Shown here one piece after another: positions 61,801-64,000 of a DNA stretch of 64,000 nucleotides. The stretch is from Chrysomallon squamiferum (taxonomy: Eukaryota > Animalia > Mollusca). The notes beneath the pieces are model-generated. The model had not been told where the DNA came from. It saw only the letters and a program-made list of their open reading frames with translations, and did not search any database. Position 1 is the first letter of the stretch. Every line of letters begins with the position of its first letter. The position numbers were made by a program, and so were the translations under genes. Location: NCBI GenBank assembly GCA_012295275.1, contig CM022672.1:29946001-30010000 (forward strand). The letters run 5' to 3'.

Positions 61801-61850
61801 CGCGGAGTGTGGCTGAATGGGTTCTATAACGTTCGAGTCTCGACAGCGGC
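61801..61850 (+). mobile_element. tRNA-derived fragment with consensus A-box and B-box but internal deletion
   Basis: TGGCTGAATGG 61810-61820 and GTTCGAGTC 61831-61839, only 10 nt apart; no anticodon arm. Confidence 0.45.
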
Positions 61851-62287
61851 ATCTGACGGGGTTTGTGAGGTCGTGACTGGACTTTGTGTGTGGAGTCTAA
61901 TCAGACGCACGTATGACAGAGAATATTCAAAATCCTGAAATGCATAGATACAGTCCATAATTAGGCGTACACACATACTTATATTCATAGCTAGCTCCCT
62001 ACCTACACGCAATGACGCACGTTGACACATTCAAACATTTATAAATCATCTATTTCAATTTTATACGTATGTAAATGAGATGCAGACTCATTCGGCTGGG
62101 TGGGTGTATCGATGAATCGACTCAACGACCACATCACTCCACAGTTAACCAGCAAAATGTTGTTTCTACCAATCAGTGTCTGTCATTAACCCTGTTTGTG
62201 ATGCTGCTGATAACGAGATAAACACGTTAATGGCGTCAGTGAAAGTTTATAATACATGCGATAATCTAACGTAATAAAACCGTTAGA

Positions 62288-62376
<89 letters not shown>

Positions 62377-63099
62377 TATAAGCATACATATATAATCTTT
62401 CTTTCTATTAAACACAGAATATCATATTTGTTTTGCTCGATAATTAACATTTAGTTATTCATTTAGTTATTCATTCATTCATATCTGATAATGCAAATGC
62501 TAACTAATTATTTTTATAAATTATGTATGCAGATTTCAATAAATGTTTCTTATACAGAAAACATTTAAAATATCAGATTAATCGTGGTGCATAATCTAAC
62601 TGAAAATCGTAAAATATAACGACATAATTACTGAAACTAAAGACTATTAAATAAAAATAAAAAAATCTTTCAAATGAGAAATATTCTGAGATACGCATGG
62701 CTAAACAGGTGTCCGATGGACAAATGCATACACTTAAAGTAGTGGTAAAAAATACAGTATACTTTCATACTGTTTGAATGATGGAAAGATGATTTTGTGT
62801 AAACAACATTCATTTTCGGTTCTAAAAGCAAAATTAAATTTTATTTTAATTAGCGTTTAAGCTTTCAGATTTGCCTCTGCAACAAAACTTTGCTCTAGTC
62901 ATAATGTCATGAACGTTTTTAAAAAACAATAAAAATGTAATTACCAGATGATCTGCAGTAATTTAACGTCATTATGACGTCAATAAATGAGTTTTAATGA
63001 GGTCACGAGAGATATCAGGCCATCTTTTTTCTTCTTCTTCAAATTAAAATTAACTGGGAAAATAATTTATGTAAGGCTTGGATAAAATAATTATTCAGA

Positions 63100-63230
63100 A
63101 ATGGCTGAAGTTCAGTGGTTAGAGAGCTCTCGTAGGAGCCTTCTTTCAGACGACAGCATAATTATGTCCAGTTTCCATTCATTTCAGCTTGTGACACTAG
63201 ATGGTTTTATCAAACTGAATCTGGTATGTG
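63100..63230 (+). mobile_element. Decayed SINE 5' part
   Basis: ttcagtggttagagagctc...tttccattcatttcagc...atcaaa...tggtatgtg. Confidence 0.45.
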
Positions 63231-63296
63231 TTTCAAAGCAAAAGGAAGACGTATAAATTTATTTCGTGCTATTGTGAAAACGTTTTCTCTGTCATT

Positions 63297-63328
<32 letters not shown>

Positions 63329-63664
63329 CGTAACAGTAGTAGTAGTAGTAGTAGCAGCAGCAGCAGCAGCAGCAGTAGTAGAGTCAACTGGTTTCGTTAA
63401 AATAAAAATGAATTCATTATCTATCTATCTATCTATCTATCTGTCTGTCTGTCTGTCTGTCTGTCTATATTTTGTATCAGCGATGATTTAATTAATCTAC
63501 CATGATTAATTTAAATAAAATTCGATTATATTATAAATATATACTAGTAACTTTATAACGTTTTTATTTCTTTGTTTATTTATTTATTCTTTCATTATTT
63601 CATTTATTTATTTATTTAATTTTGCTGTTCTTATTCTTTATCTCAGTCATCATCTTCATTTCAT

Positions 63665-63720
<56 letters not shown>

Positions 63721-64000
63721 TATAACACTACATCTTCTTCTTCTTCTCTACAAAAGACATGTATTTTCATTGACTCAACAGCTGACGGGTATTCAGTCAC
63801 CAGTGACAGTAACAGACAGATCTGTAATGTGTTTGTTTCTCGTTGACAAAACTAATTTCAATTCGTTGACAAGGATAACACGAAGATATTTGTCAGATCA
63901 ACAAACGTAGAAAACGTCGCTTGAAATCTGTATTTAGTGACACAGCGAGACTTTAAGTCGGTTTTAACCAACATTTTCACTCAGGAGCAATTTTCCTTAG

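Noticed and set aside
63991-64000. ttttccttag at the window end as gene 3's next acceptor
   Set aside because: Cannot be evaluated without downstream sequence

Overview
AT-rich, microsatellite-dense eukaryotic (intron-containing) genomic DNA. It is most likely from a mollusc, probably a gastropod; this is inferred from the gene family and from a tRNA-derived SINE recognised from memory, not from a database search. Almost all ORFs in the supplied track are microsatellite translations. Reading splice sites by hand gives three genes. (1) A minus-strand gene with 7 coding exons (8725->3078, ~547 aa): signal peptide, C-type-lectin-like domain, PAN/apple domain, duplicated Ser/Thr-rich stalk, CxCxC, TM and short tail; one junction is ambiguous. 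(2) A divergent plus-strand gene (~10570/11203->13046) for a ~100-aa TSP1-like/TM/polybasic-tail protein; its first exon is uncertain. (3) A CpG-rich promoter and signal-peptide first exon at 29360-29402, with no convincing second coding exon in the remaining 34 kb. That region holds several more promoter-like islands, four ending in ATG-bearing phase-1 donors (possible alternative first exons), a candidate antisense spliced exon, a 21-bp higher-order minisatellite, a degenerate repeat/spacer array, and a fold-back element whose CRE-bearing arm is tandemly amplified. About ten decayed SINE copies are scattered across the window. No prokaryotic genes, CRISPR-Cas, rRNA or intact tRNA were found.
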